Shown: one piece after another, positions 29,660 through 39,846 of the stretch
Layout: the number at the start of each line of letters is the position of its first letter
Numbering within the stretch: position 1 is the stretch's first letter
Assembly (NCBI GenBank): GCA_965279375.1
Contig: OZ257156.1
Location: 2,592,001-2,656,000 of the forward strand
DNA length: 64,000 nt
DNA from: Gemmatimonas sp.
GTDB lineage: Bacteria; Gemmatimonadota; Gemmatimonadetes; Gemmatimonadales; Gemmatimonadaceae
Direction of reading: 5' to 3'
Notes under the pieces: generated by a model
Seen by the model: only the letters and a program-made list of their open reading frames with translations
Databases searched by the model: none
Told to the model about the DNA's origin: nothing
Translations under genes and position numbers: made by a program

Positions 29660-31222
29660 ATGGCGCAGCCTGCAAAAGCGATTCTCTGGGTGGACGACGA
29701 GGCGGAACTGCTCGAGCCGCACCGACTCCTGCTCGGCGACAAGGGCTTTCACGTCGACACGGCCACCAATGCCGACGACGCGGTCGAAATGCTGCGGCGG
29801 AAGCCCTACGACCTGGTACTGCTCGACGAGCAGATGCCCGGTACACGCGGGCTCGCGGCGTACAAGGGGATGCGCGAGATGCTGCCCAACCTCGCCGTCG
29901 TGATGGTGACCAAGAGCGAAGAAGACGCCACGCTCAAGGAGGCCATCGGCGCGAATATTCGCGAGTACATGGTCAAGCCCGTCTCTCCGCGACAAGTGCT
30001 CTCGGTGGTGACGCGCATCCTCGACGGCCCACTGATTCGGTCGCAGGCACTGGCCCGCGCGTTCGTCGAGCGCTTTCGTGCCATCGAAGCGGATCGATAT
30101 TCATCGCTCGACTGGCGCGGCTGGATCGATCGCTTCGCGGAGTTGATGCAGTGGGACGTCGACTTGGCCGACGCCGGCGAACTGGGGCTGCACGAATCGC
30201 TGCGCGGACTGTATCCGGACATGCATCGCGAGTTCGCGACGTACATGAAGACCTCGTACCCGCAGTGGCTGCGCGAACTCGAAGGCGACCGGCCGCCGCT
30301 GTCGGTGGACGTCATCTCGGAGTTCGTTGCGCCCGTATTGCTGCGCGACAAGAAGGCGATTTTCATCGTCATCGATTGCCTGCGCGTGGATCAGTGGCGT
30401 GTGATCGAGCCGCTGCTGGCGCCGCTCTACGACGTGGAGACGACGCACTACTTCTCGATTCTCCCCACGGCGACACCGTACGCCCGCAACTCGCTGTTCA
30501 GTGGGCTCTTTCCCGGCGAGATCGCCGCAAAGTTTCCCGACTGGTGGGGCGAGCGCGACGATGAATCGCTCAACTCGCACGAGAAGGAACTGCTCGCCGC
30601 GCATCTGAACGATCTGCAGATCAAGGCGCAGGTGCGCTACCAGAAGATCACCACCGCAGCGGACTCCGACGATCTGGAACGCCATCTCCCCGGCGCGATT
30701 GCCGGCGAAGGGATTCACGCGTTCGTCTTCAATTTCGTCGATCAGCTCACGCACGGGCGCAGCGAGTCGGCGATCCTGTTCGAAGTCGCGCGCGACGAAA
30801 TCGCGATGCGGGCGCTCGCCAAGCAGTGGTTCGAGCGCTCAGCGCTGCTGTCGCTGCTCAAAGAGGCGTCGCGCCGAAAGATCTCCGTCATCATCACCAG
30901 CGATCACGGCGCGCTGCACTGCAACACGCCGGCGACGGTGTTCGCGAAGCGCGATGCAACGGCCAACCTGCGCTACAAGTTTGGTGAGGATATTCGCGCC
31001 GAGCGTCCGGAGCAGGCGCTGCTCTTCAGCAACGCAGAAGATCTGCGCTTGCCTCCACGGGGCGAGAACAACAACACGCTCCTCGCGGCTGGCGACACGT
31101 TCTTCGTCTACCCGACCAAGCTGCGTGAGTATCAAAGTCGCTATCGCGGATCGTTCCTCCACGGTGGCGTCACGCCCGAGGAATGCATCCTGCCGGTCGC
31201 GTTGCTGACCCCCAAGCGGTGA
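29660..31222 (+). CDS. PorX-like response regulator (receiver + PglZ/alkaline-phosphatase-like domain)
   Basis: ILWVDDE, LDEQMPG, VTKSEE, KPV.P.Q; PglZ IVIDCLR, LPTATPYARN, FVD.LTH, SDHG, HGG. Confidence 0.85.
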   Translation: MAQPAKAILWVDDEAELLEPHRLLLGDKGFHVDTATNADDAVEMLRRKPYDLVLLDEQMPGTRGLAAYKGMREMLPNLAVVMVTKSEEDATLKEAIGANIREYMVKPVSPRQVLSVVTRILDGPLIRSQALARAFVERFRAIEADRYSSLDWRGWIDRFAELMQWDVDLADAGELGLHESLRGLYPDMHREFATYMKTSYPQWLRELEGDRPPLSVDVISEFVAPVLLRDKKAIFIVIDCLRVDQWRVIEPLLAPLYDVETTHYFSILPTATPYARNSLFSGLFPGEIAAKFPDWWGERDDESLNSHEKELLAAHLNDLQIKAQVRYQKITTAADSDDLERHLPGAIAGEGIHAFVFNFVDQLTHGRSESAILFEVARDEIAMRALAKQWFERSALLSLLKEASRRKISVIITSDHGALHCNTPATVFAKRDATANLRYKFGEDIRAERPEQALLFSNAEDLRLPPRGENNNTLLAAGDTFFVYPTKLREYQSRYRGSFLHGGVTPEECILPVALLTPKR

Positions 31223-31229
31223 TCGATCG

Positions 31230-33122
31230 ATGAGCGCCTCGCAGGTGACCGGAACGCACGCTGTTCCCGCCACGGGGCTGTGGAGGCGGCTGTGGGGCTT
31301 TGTGCGTCCGCATCGCGCCAAGCTCGTTGGCGTCGTCACGCTCAACGGCGTGGCTGCGATCGCCGACGTCTTCTCGTTCACGCTGCTGATCCCGTTCCTC
31401 AATGCGCTCTTCGGCAAGACGCAGATCATTCCCGTCTCGGGGCTGATCGGCGACCTGCTCAGCGCGACGATCGGATTCCTGTTGGTGCCCGGCGATCAGA
31501 TGGCCTCGCTGCGCAACGTGATTCTCGTTGTGCTGGTAGCGGTGGCCGTCAAGAACGCGCTCGTGTGGCTCAGTGGGCAGATCGGCGTGCAGTTGCAGGA
31601 GTACGTCGTGCGCGATCTGCGAGACCGCGTGTACGCGCACCTGCTGCGACTGCCGCTGCCGTGGTTCACGCGCAACAAGGTCGGGCAGGTGATTTCGCGC
31701 GTCCTCAACGACACCAACAACGCCAAGACGGTCGTCACCGAACTGGTCACGCGCTCGATGTGGTCGGGTGCGCAGGTGATTGCCACGATCATCGGCATGT
31801 TCGTGCTCTCGTGGAAGCTGTCGCTGGCCGCACTCGTCGTTGCGCCCGTCACGATCGGCGCGCTGCAGCCAGTGCTCCGTAAGTTGCGCAAGGGTTACCG
31901 TCGCCTCGGCAACGATCAGGGCGAGATCACGAGCCTCGTCCAGGAAGTCGTCAGCGGCGTACGTCTGATCAAGTCGTACGGCGCAGAGCCGCGCGAAGAG
32001 CAACGCTTCGTCACGCGCAACGCGTCCTTCGCCAAGGGCTATGTGCGCATCGGTCGTTTGTCGCTGCTCTCCGGACCAGTCACGGAAACGCTCGGCACGT
32101 TCACGGCCGTCGCCATCCTCTGGTTCGGCGCGCATCTCGTGCTGGTGGAAAAGACGCTTGGCGATTCCGAGCTGATCGTCTTCCTCATTTGGGTGATGCG
32201 CCTGCTGCAGCCGCTGAAGCAGCTCTCGCAGGTGCAGCCGGCCGCGCAGCAATCGTTGGCCAGCGCCGAGCGACTGTTCGAGATTCTCGATTCACCGTCG
32301 GAGATGGCGGTGGACAAGGGCACCGTCGAGCATCCCGCGCTCGTCAACGAAATTCGCTTCGACAACGTCTCGTTCGCCTACGACGAAGGCGCGCTGGCAC
32401 TGCGCGAAGTGTCGTTCTCCGCGCGCAAAGGCGAGATCGTCGCGCTCGTCGGCGCGAGCGGCGCCGGCAAGTCCACACTTGTTGACCTGCTGCCGCGTTT
32501 CGTCGAGCCCACGAGCGGTCGCATCACCATGGACGGCGTGGATCTGCGCGACATCAAGCTTCCTGCGCTGCGCGCTCTTACGGGCATCGTCAGCCAGGAC
32601 ACGGTGCTTTTCAACGACACCGTGCGCGCCAACGTCGCGTTTGGACGCATCGACGCTACGCAGGCGCAGCTCGATGCGGCGGCCTCCGCCGCCAATGCGC
32701 TCGGCTTCATTCGCGAACTGCCGGAAGGCTGGGACACCAACCTCGGCGAACGTGGCGCGCGTCTCTCCGGCGGACAGCGGCAGCGTCTCGCCATCGCGCG
32801 TGCGCTGCTCTCCGATCCGCCCATCCTCATTCTGGACGAAGCCACCTCCGCGCTTGACATGGAGTCGGAACGGCTGGTGCAGGAAGCGATCGATCGACTG
32901 CTCGCAGGGCGCACGGTGTTCGTGATTGCGCATCGCCTGGCCACAATCCAGCATGCGGATCGCATCCTCGTCTTTGATCAGGGTCGCCTGGTGGAAGAGG
33001 GCACGCACATCGCACTGCTCGCCAGCAGCGGCGCCTACGCCCGTCTGCACGCGATGCAGTTTGATCGCCGAGGGGCCGCGGACGATTCGTTGGTGAGCGT
33101 GGCGTCGGACGCGGCGGAGTAG
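31230..33122 (+). CDS. MsbA-like ABC exporter (TMD+NBD)
   Basis: 6-TM domain, GASGAGKST, LSGGQRQR, LDEATSALD. Confidence 0.93.
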   Translation: MSASQVTGTHAVPATGLWRRLWGFVRPHRAKLVGVVTLNGVAAIADVFSFTLLIPFLNALFGKTQIIPVSGLIGDLLSATIGFLLVPGDQMASLRNVILVVLVAVAVKNALVWLSGQIGVQLQEYVVRDLRDRVYAHLLRLPLPWFTRNKVGQVISRVLNDTNNAKTVVTELVTRSMWSGAQVIATIIGMFVLSWKLSLAALVVAPVTIGALQPVLRKLRKGYRRLGNDQGEITSLVQEVVSGVRLIKSYGAEPREEQRFVTRNASFAKGYVRIGRLSLLSGPVTETLGTFTAVAILWFGAHLVLVEKTLGDSELIVFLIWVMRLLQPLKQLSQVQPAAQQSLASAERLFEILDSPSEMAVDKGTVEHPALVNEIRFDNVSFAYDEGALALREVSFSARKGEIVALVGASGAGKSTLVDLLPRFVEPTSGRITMDGVDLRDIKLPALRALTGIVSQDTVLFNDTVRANVAFGRIDATQAQLDAAASAANALGFIRELPEGWDTNLGERGARLSGGQRQRLAIARALLSDPPILILDEATSALDMESERLVQEAIDRLLAGRTVFVIAHRLATIQHADRILVFDQGRLVEEGTHIALLASSGAYARLHAMQFDRRGAADDSLVSVASDAAE

Positions 33123-33126
33123 TCGG

Positions 33127-34008
33127 GTGACTGGTTCCTCGAGCGCGGTCGCAACCAGCGGGTCGCGGGGATGGCAACAGCTCCGCACCGACCGGCGCGC
33201 GTGGTTTGGGCTTGGTGTGATAGGACTGCTCGTCTTCGCGGCGCTCGCCGCGAATCTCGTCGGTCACCTCGATCCGACGCGCATCGACATCACGCAGGTG
33301 CTGCTGCCGCCCACCGGCACGCATTGGTTAGGCACCGATGCGCAGGGACGCGATGTCTGGGCGCGACTGATTCATGGAACGCGCGTTTCGCTTGTGGTGG
33401 GAATCGCGTCACAGGGCGTGTCGCTGCTTCTTGGTGTTGGACTTGGTCTCATCGCGGGTTACCGCGGCAAGTGGACCGATGAAGTGATCATGCGACTCGC
33501 CGACGTCACGTTGGCGTTTCCGTCGCTGCTGCTGCTGATCGCCATGGCCGCCGCATTCGAGCCATCACTCACGACGGTGTGTGTGGTCATCGGCGTGGTC
33601 GGTTGGGCGGGCATGGCGCGCCTCGTGCGCGGGCAGGTGCTCGTGGTGCGCGAGCTCGAGTACGTGCAGGCGATGCGCGCCGTCGGGGCGAAGGATCTGC
33701 GCATCCTGCTGCGCCACATCCTTCCCAACGTCATCGCTCCCGTCGTCATCGCTGGCACGCTTGGCATTGCCGGCGCGATCATGGCCGAGGCGGCGCTGTC
33801 GTTCTTGGGACTTGGCGTGCAGCCGCCGACACCGAGTTGGGGTGCCATGATCGCCGATGGGCGCGACCTCTCGCAACTTCGTTCCGCACCGTGGACCTCG
33901 CTCTCGCCGGGCGTGGCCATCGGCATAGCGGTGCTCGGCTTCAACTTGCTCGGCGATGCGCTGCGCGACGCGCTCGATCCACGCGCCCAGGCATCACGCC
34001 GCGCGTGA
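33127..34008 (+). CDS. Peptide/nickel ABC permease (DppC/OppC-like)
   Basis: HWLGTD..GRD, ARLVRGQVL, EA.LSFLGLG..PP.PSWG, GD.LRDALDP. Confidence 0.93.
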   Translation: MTGSSSAVATSGSRGWQQLRTDRRAWFGLGVIGLLVFAALAANLVGHLDPTRIDITQVLLPPTGTHWLGTDAQGRDVWARLIHGTRVSLVVGIASQGVSLLLGVGLGLIAGYRGKWTDEVIMRLADVTLAFPSLLLLIAMAAAFEPSLTTVCVVIGVVGWAGMARLVRGQVLVVRELEYVQAMRAVGAKDLRILLRHILPNVIAPVVIAGTLGIAGAIMAEAALSFLGLGVQPPTPSWGAMIADGRDLSQLRSAPWTSLSPGVAIGIAVLGFNLLGDALRDALDPRAQASRRA

Positions 34009-34054
34009 ACGGCACACGGTTCTTCGTTCACCCACCGCAACGGAAGCTTTCCCG

Positions 34055-35218
34055 ATGACCGCTCATGCACACGTTGGGCTCGACGTCGCCTCGGTGCGCG
34101 CTCGCGAGTATGCCTGGATGGACCGCGAAGCCACCGTCTACCTCAACGCGGCGTCTACGGGCCCCCTGCCACAGCGAGCGGTCGATGCCGCTCGACTGTG
34201 GACCGAGATGCGCGCCCGCCCGCACACGCTGCCGCTGACGCTCATGCAGGAGACGGTCGCCACCTCCCGCGCGCAGTTTGCCAAACTCGTTGGTGCGGAC
34301 GCCGACGAGATCGCGTTGATGCCGAACACCACGTACGGGCTCAACCTCGCCGCGCGCGCACTGCCGCTCAGGCCCGGAGTGATCCTCACCTTCGATGGTG
34401 AATTCCCGAGCTGCGTCTACCCATTTCAGGCGCTGTCCTCGCGCGGTATCTCGCTCGAGCTCGTACCGCGAAAGAACGGGCTCCCGGACGAAGACACGCT
34501 CGTCGCGGCGATCGCCCGACCGGATGTTGTCGCAGTTGTCGTCTCCTGGGTGCAGTTCGCGACCGGCTACGTCGCGGACCTCAAGCGCATCGGCGAGGCC
34601 TGCCGCGCGAATGGAGTCTTCTTCATCGTCGATGGCATTCAGGGCTGCGGCGTAAGAGAAATCGACCTTCACGCCCTGCCGGTCGACATCTTCGCCAGCG
34701 GCGCGCAGAAGTGGCAGTTGGGCCCGTGGGGCACCGGCTTCGTCTACGTGCGCAAGGAACTCATACAGACGATCGAGCCACATGACGTCGGCTGGGCGTG
34801 CATGAATGCCTCCGTCGACTACTCCCGACTCACCGACTACGAGTTCGACTTCTTCCCGGACGCGCGCCGCTTCGAAGTGGTGACGCTCGCCTATCAGGAC
34901 TTCGCGGTGGCCAACGCGTCCACCGCGATGCTGCTCGATCTCGGCGTCGGCGCCGTCGCCGAGCATCTCGAGGCGCTCGGCGCACGCATCATCGACTGGG
35001 TGGACTCGCGCGCTGACGCCCGTCTGGTTACCCCGCGAGACCCGCCGCGCCGCGCCGGGGTCGTCGCCTTTGCGCCGGCGGATGTGCAGGCGACCAGCGG
35101 GCGCCTGAACCAGGCCGGAGTGATTCACGTCACGCGAGAGGGCGCGGTCCGGCTCTCCCCACACTGTTACAACACACACGCCGACATCGACCGCGTAATC
35201 CAGATCCTCGACGCGTAG
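34055..35218 (+). CDS. Class V PLP-dependent aminotransferase-fold enzyme
   Basis: YLN.A..GP, NTT.G, VDG.Q, SG.QKW.LGP.G.G (PLP lysine), VRLSPH.YN. Confidence 0.9.
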   Translation: MTAHAHVGLDVASVRAREYAWMDREATVYLNAASTGPLPQRAVDAARLWTEMRARPHTLPLTLMQETVATSRAQFAKLVGADADEIALMPNTTYGLNLAARALPLRPGVILTFDGEFPSCVYPFQALSSRGISLELVPRKNGLPDEDTLVAAIARPDVVAVVVSWVQFATGYVADLKRIGEACRANGVFFIVDGIQGCGVREIDLHALPVDIFASGAQKWQLGPWGTGFVYVRKELIQTIEPHDVGWACMNASVDYSRLTDYEFDFFPDARRFEVVTLAYQDFAVANASTAMLLDLGVGAVAEHLEALGARIIDWVDSRADARLVTPRDPPRRAGVVAFAPADVQATSGRLNQAGVIHVTREGAVRLSPHCYNTHADIDRVIQILDA

Positions 35219-35383
35219 TTCCGGTGCTTCTCGGATGCAGAGGTGATTAAATTCTTGGTTACGTCGGCAGGCGAGGCTCTCAACGCGCCGCCGCGGACGA
35301 AACGAAAATCACCGCGGGTCGTACCACGAGTACCGATCGTCGGTTGTCTCCTTTCTCTCGGTTCGCCGAGAAGGCCGAATTGC

Positions 35384-36160
35384 GTGTCGCTCGCAAACCG
35401 TAGCGTCAACGATGCGTTGCGCTCCTGGGCTGAGTTGCTCCACTGTCCGCTCGGCTACCTCGAGTCGCCGAGGGTGGCGTGTGTGGAGCGCGAGACGACC
35501 GATGACGCCGAGGCCGCGATCGTCATGACGTTCACACGCGACGCCGTCGGGCTGGTGTCGCTTCCCAGCGGCGACGCTCGACACTTCGATCTCGATGCGA
35601 ACGAGCTCCAGGAGCTCATCGCCATGACGCGCGCCGAGTCGAAGCCAGGTGCACTCGTCCAGATGCATGACGCGACATTCGTGGTCGATGACGAGCCCGT
35701 GTCGCTGGCGGTCGCGGACGCGGGCACACTGATGCCCGAACGCGCGATTGACGCCTCGGTCGTCTACGACCCCAACCCGGTCGTTCTGGACATGCTTCGG
35801 CACCAGCTCACGACGGCCGAATGGGAGTTGGGCGGTGGCGCGAACGACTCACCGCATCGAATCGGCGTACTGGCCGGTGGCGTGTTGGTTGCGCTGGCGT
35901 CCGTTGCGCGGCCGGTAGGCCATCTCGCGCGCATTCGTGTGGTGGTGGCTCCCGGCTATCGTCGCCGCGGATACGGACAGATGGCCGTGCGGCGCATGGC
36001 ACAGCACGTACTCAATCAGGGGCTGCTGCCCTTCTGCCGCGTCGCCGTCAGTGATGTGAGCGCATGGGCGATGGCCGGCGCGGTCGGTTTCGTGTCCTTC
36101 GCGCGATCGCTCTCCATGCGCCTCAGCACGCTCGGCGCCCCCGAGCCGCGGCTGATCTAA
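35384..36160 (+). CDS. GNAT acetyltransferase-like protein (start uncertain; the ORF opens at 35243)
   Basis: C-terminal V.V.P.YRRRGYG acetyl-CoA motif. Confidence 0.65.
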   Translation: MSLANRSVNDALRSWAELLHCPLGYLESPRVACVERETTDDAEAAIVMTFTRDAVGLVSLPSGDARHFDLDANELQELIAMTRAESKPGALVQMHDATFVVDDEPVSLAVADAGTLMPERAIDASVVYDPNPVVLDMLRHQLTTAEWELGGGANDSPHRIGVLAGGVLVALASVARPVGHLARIRVVVAPGYRRRGYGQMAVRRMAQHVLNQGLLPFCRVAVSDVSAWAMAGAVGFVSFARSLSMRLSTLGAPEPRLI

Positions 36161-36203
36161 TCCTGATCCAATCCTGATCTGATCCCGATCCAAGCCCGAT
36201 CAA
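36152..36203. repeat. Degenerate 11-bp GATC-containing tandem repeat (C[T/C]GATC[T/C]AATC)
   Basis: Units at 36152, 36163, 36174, 36185 and a partial at 36196, spanning the GNAT stop. Confidence 0.8.
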
Positions 36204-36242
36204 CATCGGGCGCAGACCGGGCGCAGCACCGCTTGCGCAGTG

Positions 36243-37529
36243 CTACGCCGGTACGTGGATCAGGCCGTAGTCGCGCGCGCCCTTCTTGATCAGCAGGTGA
36301 CGACCGTGCAGAAGCGAGTCCGGTCCGATCATACGCTCGGCGAGGCCACGCTTCACGCCGTTGACACTCACGCCGCCCTGTTCGAGCAGGCGCTTCGCCG
36401 CGCCGCCCGATGCCGCGAAGCCGAGCGCCTTCAGACACTCAAAAAGGTCCACGTCGCTGCTCGGCGCCGCATCGGCCGGCGTGGCGTAGGTCGCGAACGG
36501 AATTTCGTTGCGCAGTGCGGCCAGCGCGCCATCGGACAGCAGCGACGGATCCGCCTTCTCGAACAGCAGTGCGGAGACTTCATGCGCCACCCGCGCGGCG
36601 TCTGCGCCATGCACGCGCGTTGTGACGTCCGCCGCCAAGGCCCGCTGCGCCTCGCGACGCTCGGGGTTGGTACGCACGGCGGCGTCCAGCGCTTCGATTT
36701 CGGCCTGCGGCATCAGCGTGAAGTAGCGCAGGAAGCGCGAGACGTCGCGGTCGTCGGCGCCAATCCAGAACTGGTAGAACTGGTACGGCGACGTGCGGGC
36801 AGCGTCGAGCCACACCGCACCCGCCTCGCTCTTGCCGAACTTGGAGCCGTTGGCGTTGGTGATCAGCGGGAACGTCAGCGCGTGTGCGTCACCACCCGTC
36901 GAACGACGGATCAGCTCCATACCGGCCGTGATGTTTCCCCATTGGTCGCTTCCGCCCAACTGCAGCGTCACGCCTTCGCGCTTGTGCAGCTCGAGGAAGT
37001 CGAACGCCTGCAGCAGCATGTAGGAAAACTCGGTGAATGAAATCCCCGTCTCGAGACGTGACTTCACCGAGTCCTTGGCCAGCATCACGTTCACCGAGAA
37101 GTGCTTGCCTGTGTCACGCAGGAAGTCGAGCAGCGTGAGCGGCTCGAGCCAGTCCAGGTTGTTGAGCAGCTTCGCCGCGTTCGGTCCGTCGAAATCCAGA
37201 AAGCGCGAGAGCTGGCCGCGAATCGCCTCGGCGTTGGCCGCGATCGTCTCCAGGCTCTGTAGCGTGCGCTCGCTGCTCTTGCCGCTCGGGTCGCCGATCA
37301 TCCCCGTGCCACCGCCCACCAGCGCAATCGGGCGATGTCCGGCCCGCTGCAGATGCACCAGCCCCATGACCGGAATCAGGTTGCCGACGTGCAGACTCGA
37401 CGCGGTCGGGTCGAAGCCGCAATAGCCGGTCACCGTGCCAGCGGCGAGCGCCGCGCCAAGGCCTTCGGTGTGCTGGAAGAGCAACTCGCGCCAGGCGAGT
37501 TCGGAGATGGGAGCGGGGTGCTGTGACAT
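36243..37529 (-). CDS. tyrS: Tyrosine-tRNA ligase
   Basis: YCGFDPT..SLHVGN, GGSDQWGN, KFGKS, C-terminal S4 domain. Confidence 0.98.
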   Translation of the reverse strand: MSQHPAPISELAWRELLFQHTEGLGAALAAGTVTGYCGFDPTASSLHVGNLIPVMGLVHLQRAGHRPIALVGGGTGMIGDPSGKSSERTLQSLETIAANAEAIRGQLSRFLDFDGPNAAKLLNNLDWLEPLTLLDFLRDTGKHFSVNVMLAKDSVKSRLETGISFTEFSYMLLQAFDFLELHKREGVTLQLGGSDQWGNITAGMELIRRSTGGDAHALTFPLITNANGSKFGKSEAGAVWLDAARTSPYQFYQFWIGADDRDVSRFLRYFTLMPQAEIEALDAAVRTNPERREAQRALAADVTTRVHGADAARVAHEVSALLFEKADPSLLSDGALAALRNEIPFATYATPADAAPSSDVDLFECLKALGFAASGGAAKRLLEQGGVSVNGVKRGLAERMIGPDSLLHGRHLLIKKGARDYGLIHVPA

Positions 37530-37625
37530 GACCAATAATATCCGCCCGAACGCTCTTGGCGCGCCCGGGGGCTCGTCGGTACCGTTCTGACAGACCGATG
37601 CCCCCACTTCCTGCATTCAGATCCC

Positions 37626-39833
37626 GTGGCGACCTCCTCGTCACGTAAGCGCTCCGGCCTCATGGCCTCGATCCGCGCCCTCTTTGCCTACGTCTTCTTC
37701 CGCCAGCCGCTCCTGGGTTGGGTGGTGGTGCTGGGCATCTTCGGCGGCGCCGTCGGTGCCGGCGTGCTTGGCGGCGCGTGGGCCGTTGTCTGTCGCGACG
37801 GTCGCTGCCCGTCCATCGCGTCGTTGGAGCAATACGTCCCGCGCCAGACGTCCAAGGTCTACGCCGCAGACGGCCGTTTCATCTCCGAGTTGGGGCTCGA
37901 GCGGCGCACGCTCGTGCGCTTGAACGAGATCCCGAAGCATGTGCGCGATGCCTTCGTCATCGTGGAAGATCGTCGCTTCTATAAGCACTCGGGGATCGAC
38001 TACTACCGCATCTTCGGCGCCCTCGCGCGCAACATCGTCGCACGCCGCTACGCGCAGGGCTTCTCGACGATCACGATGCAGCTCGCGCGGAACGTCTTCT
38101 CCGATCGTATCTCGCGCGAGAAGACGATTTTCCGAAAGCTCAAGGAAGCCCGAGTCGCGCGCGCCATCGAGCAGCGCTACTCCAAGGACAAGATCCTCGA
38201 GCTCTATCTCAACCAGATCTACCTAGGCAACGGCGCCTACGGCGTCGAGACGGCGTCGCAGCGCTACTTCGGCAAGTCGGTTCGCGATTTGACCGTGGCC
38301 GAGGCCGCGATGCTGGCCGGCTTGCCCAAGGCGCCGGAGCGGTACAATCCGCGGCGCTTTGCGGATCGTGCGATTTCGCGCCGCAATACCGTGCTGGAGC
38401 TGATGCGTCGCGAAGGCGCGATCAACGCCGCCGATGCGTCGCTGGCCAAGGCGTTCCCGCTGCAGCTCGCGCAGCGCACCGAGTCGGGAGATGTGGCGCC
38501 CTACTACCTGGAATGGGTGCGCCGTCAGCTCGAAGAGCACTTCGGCAAGAGCCTGTACGACGAAGGGCTCAAGGTCTACACATCGCTCGACATCGACATG
38601 CAGGGCGCCGCCGAACGTGCGCTGGAGAATCAGCTCAAGGCCATCGAGGCCGGACGCAACGGTGCCTATAAGCATCTGACGTACGAGGGGTACGTCGCAC
38701 GCAACGCCGAAGGCGGCGAGTCCGCGGCGGCCAATTCCCCGTATCTGCAGGGCGCGTTCGTTGCGATCGATCCGCGCACGGGACTCGTACGCGCCATGGT
38801 CGGCGGGCGCGACTACGACGACTCCAAGTTCAATCGCGCCACGCAGGCGCTGCGGCAGCCCGGCTCCACCTTCAAGCCGGTGATGTACGCGTCAGCGATT
38901 CACGCGGGATTCACGCCGGCGCAGATCGTGGACGATTCGCCTATTTCGCTGGAGCAGCTCTCGGGCGAAACGTGGACCCCGCAGAACTACGACATGAAGT
39001 TCATGGGCTCCATGCCCATGCGCAAAGCGCTCTACATGTCGCGCAACCTCGCCGCGATCAACACCGGCACGCAGGTCGGTGTTGGCCCGGTCATCTCGAT
39101 GGCGCGCAAGTTCGGCATCACCACGCCCATTCCGCCGTATCCGTCCATGTTCATCGGCTCAGCGGACGTCTATCCGCTGGAGATGGTCGGCGCGTACTCC
39201 GTGTTCGCAAATCTCGGATTGCGCACCACGCCGCACGCGATCGTGAAGGTCGAGAATGCAGAGGGCAAGCTCGTCTGGCAGCCGCAGTACTCGCGCGAAG
39301 CGGTGCTGTCGCCGGAAGAGTCGTGGCTGATGGTCAGCATGATGAAGGACGTGGTCGTGCGTGGCACGGCGTCGCGCAACGTCTGGGGGGCCGGCTTTCA
39401 CGTGCCTGCGGGCGGCAAGACGGGCACCACGAACGATGGCGCCGACGTGTGGTTCATCGGCTACACCGCCGATCTCGTGGCCGGCGTCTGGATGGGCTTC
39501 GACCTCCCCAACAAGATCAAGGCGAACGCGCAGGGTGGCGATCTCGCCGCACCCGCGTGGACCGCGTTCATGACCGAGGTCTACCGTCGCAAGCCGCAGC
39601 CGCCCGACTGGCCGCGCCCCGATGGCGTGATCACGCGCGAGATCGACGCCGCGACGGGGCAACTCGCCACCTCCGCGTGCACCGGTGCCGTGGTGACGGA
39701 GTACTTCGTGATGGGCACCGAACCTACGCACCCGTGCACCGACGGACCGGTGCGTCCCCCCGGCGCCCTCGCAGACAGCGCGGCGCGCGCGGCCCGCGAT
39801 ACGACGAATCCGTTCCGCATTCCACCGCCGTAA
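37626..39833 (+). CDS. Class A penicillin-binding protein (PBP1A family)
   Basis: EDRRF..H.G, G.STITMQL.RN, RKLKE; transpeptidase STFK, SRN, KTG. Confidence 0.95.
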   Translation: MATSSSRKRSGLMASIRALFAYVFFRQPLLGWVVVLGIFGGAVGAGVLGGAWAVVCRDGRCPSIASLEQYVPRQTSKVYAADGRFISELGLERRTLVRLNEIPKHVRDAFVIVEDRRFYKHSGIDYYRIFGALARNIVARRYAQGFSTITMQLARNVFSDRISREKTIFRKLKEARVARAIEQRYSKDKILELYLNQIYLGNGAYGVETASQRYFGKSVRDLTVAEAAMLAGLPKAPERYNPRRFADRAISRRNTVLELMRREGAINAADASLAKAFPLQLAQRTESGDVAPYYLEWVRRQLEEHFGKSLYDEGLKVYTSLDIDMQGAAERALENQLKAIEAGRNGAYKHLTYEGYVARNAEGGESAAANSPYLQGAFVAIDPRTGLVRAMVGGRDYDDSKFNRATQALRQPGSTFKPVMYASAIHAGFTPAQIVDDSPISLEQLSGETWTPQNYDMKFMGSMPMRKALYMSRNLAAINTGTQVGVGPVISMARKFGITTPIPPYPSMFIGSADVYPLEMVGAYSVFANLGLRTTPHAIVKVENAEGKLVWQPQYSREAVLSPEESWLMVSMMKDVVVRGTASRNVWGAGFHVPAGGKTGTTNDGADVWFIGYTADLVAGVWMGFDLPNKIKANAQGGDLAAPAWTAFMTEVYRRKPQPPDWPRPDGVITREIDAATGQLATSACTGAVVTEYFVMGTEPTHPCTDGPVRPPGALADSAARAARDTTNPFRIPPP

Positions 39834-39846
39834 CGTCGGTGCGCCC

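Noticed and set aside
29660..31222. PglZ domain as evidence of a BREX defence system
   Set aside because: It is fused to a receiver domain (PorX architecture), and no brxC, pglX or brxL is nearby.
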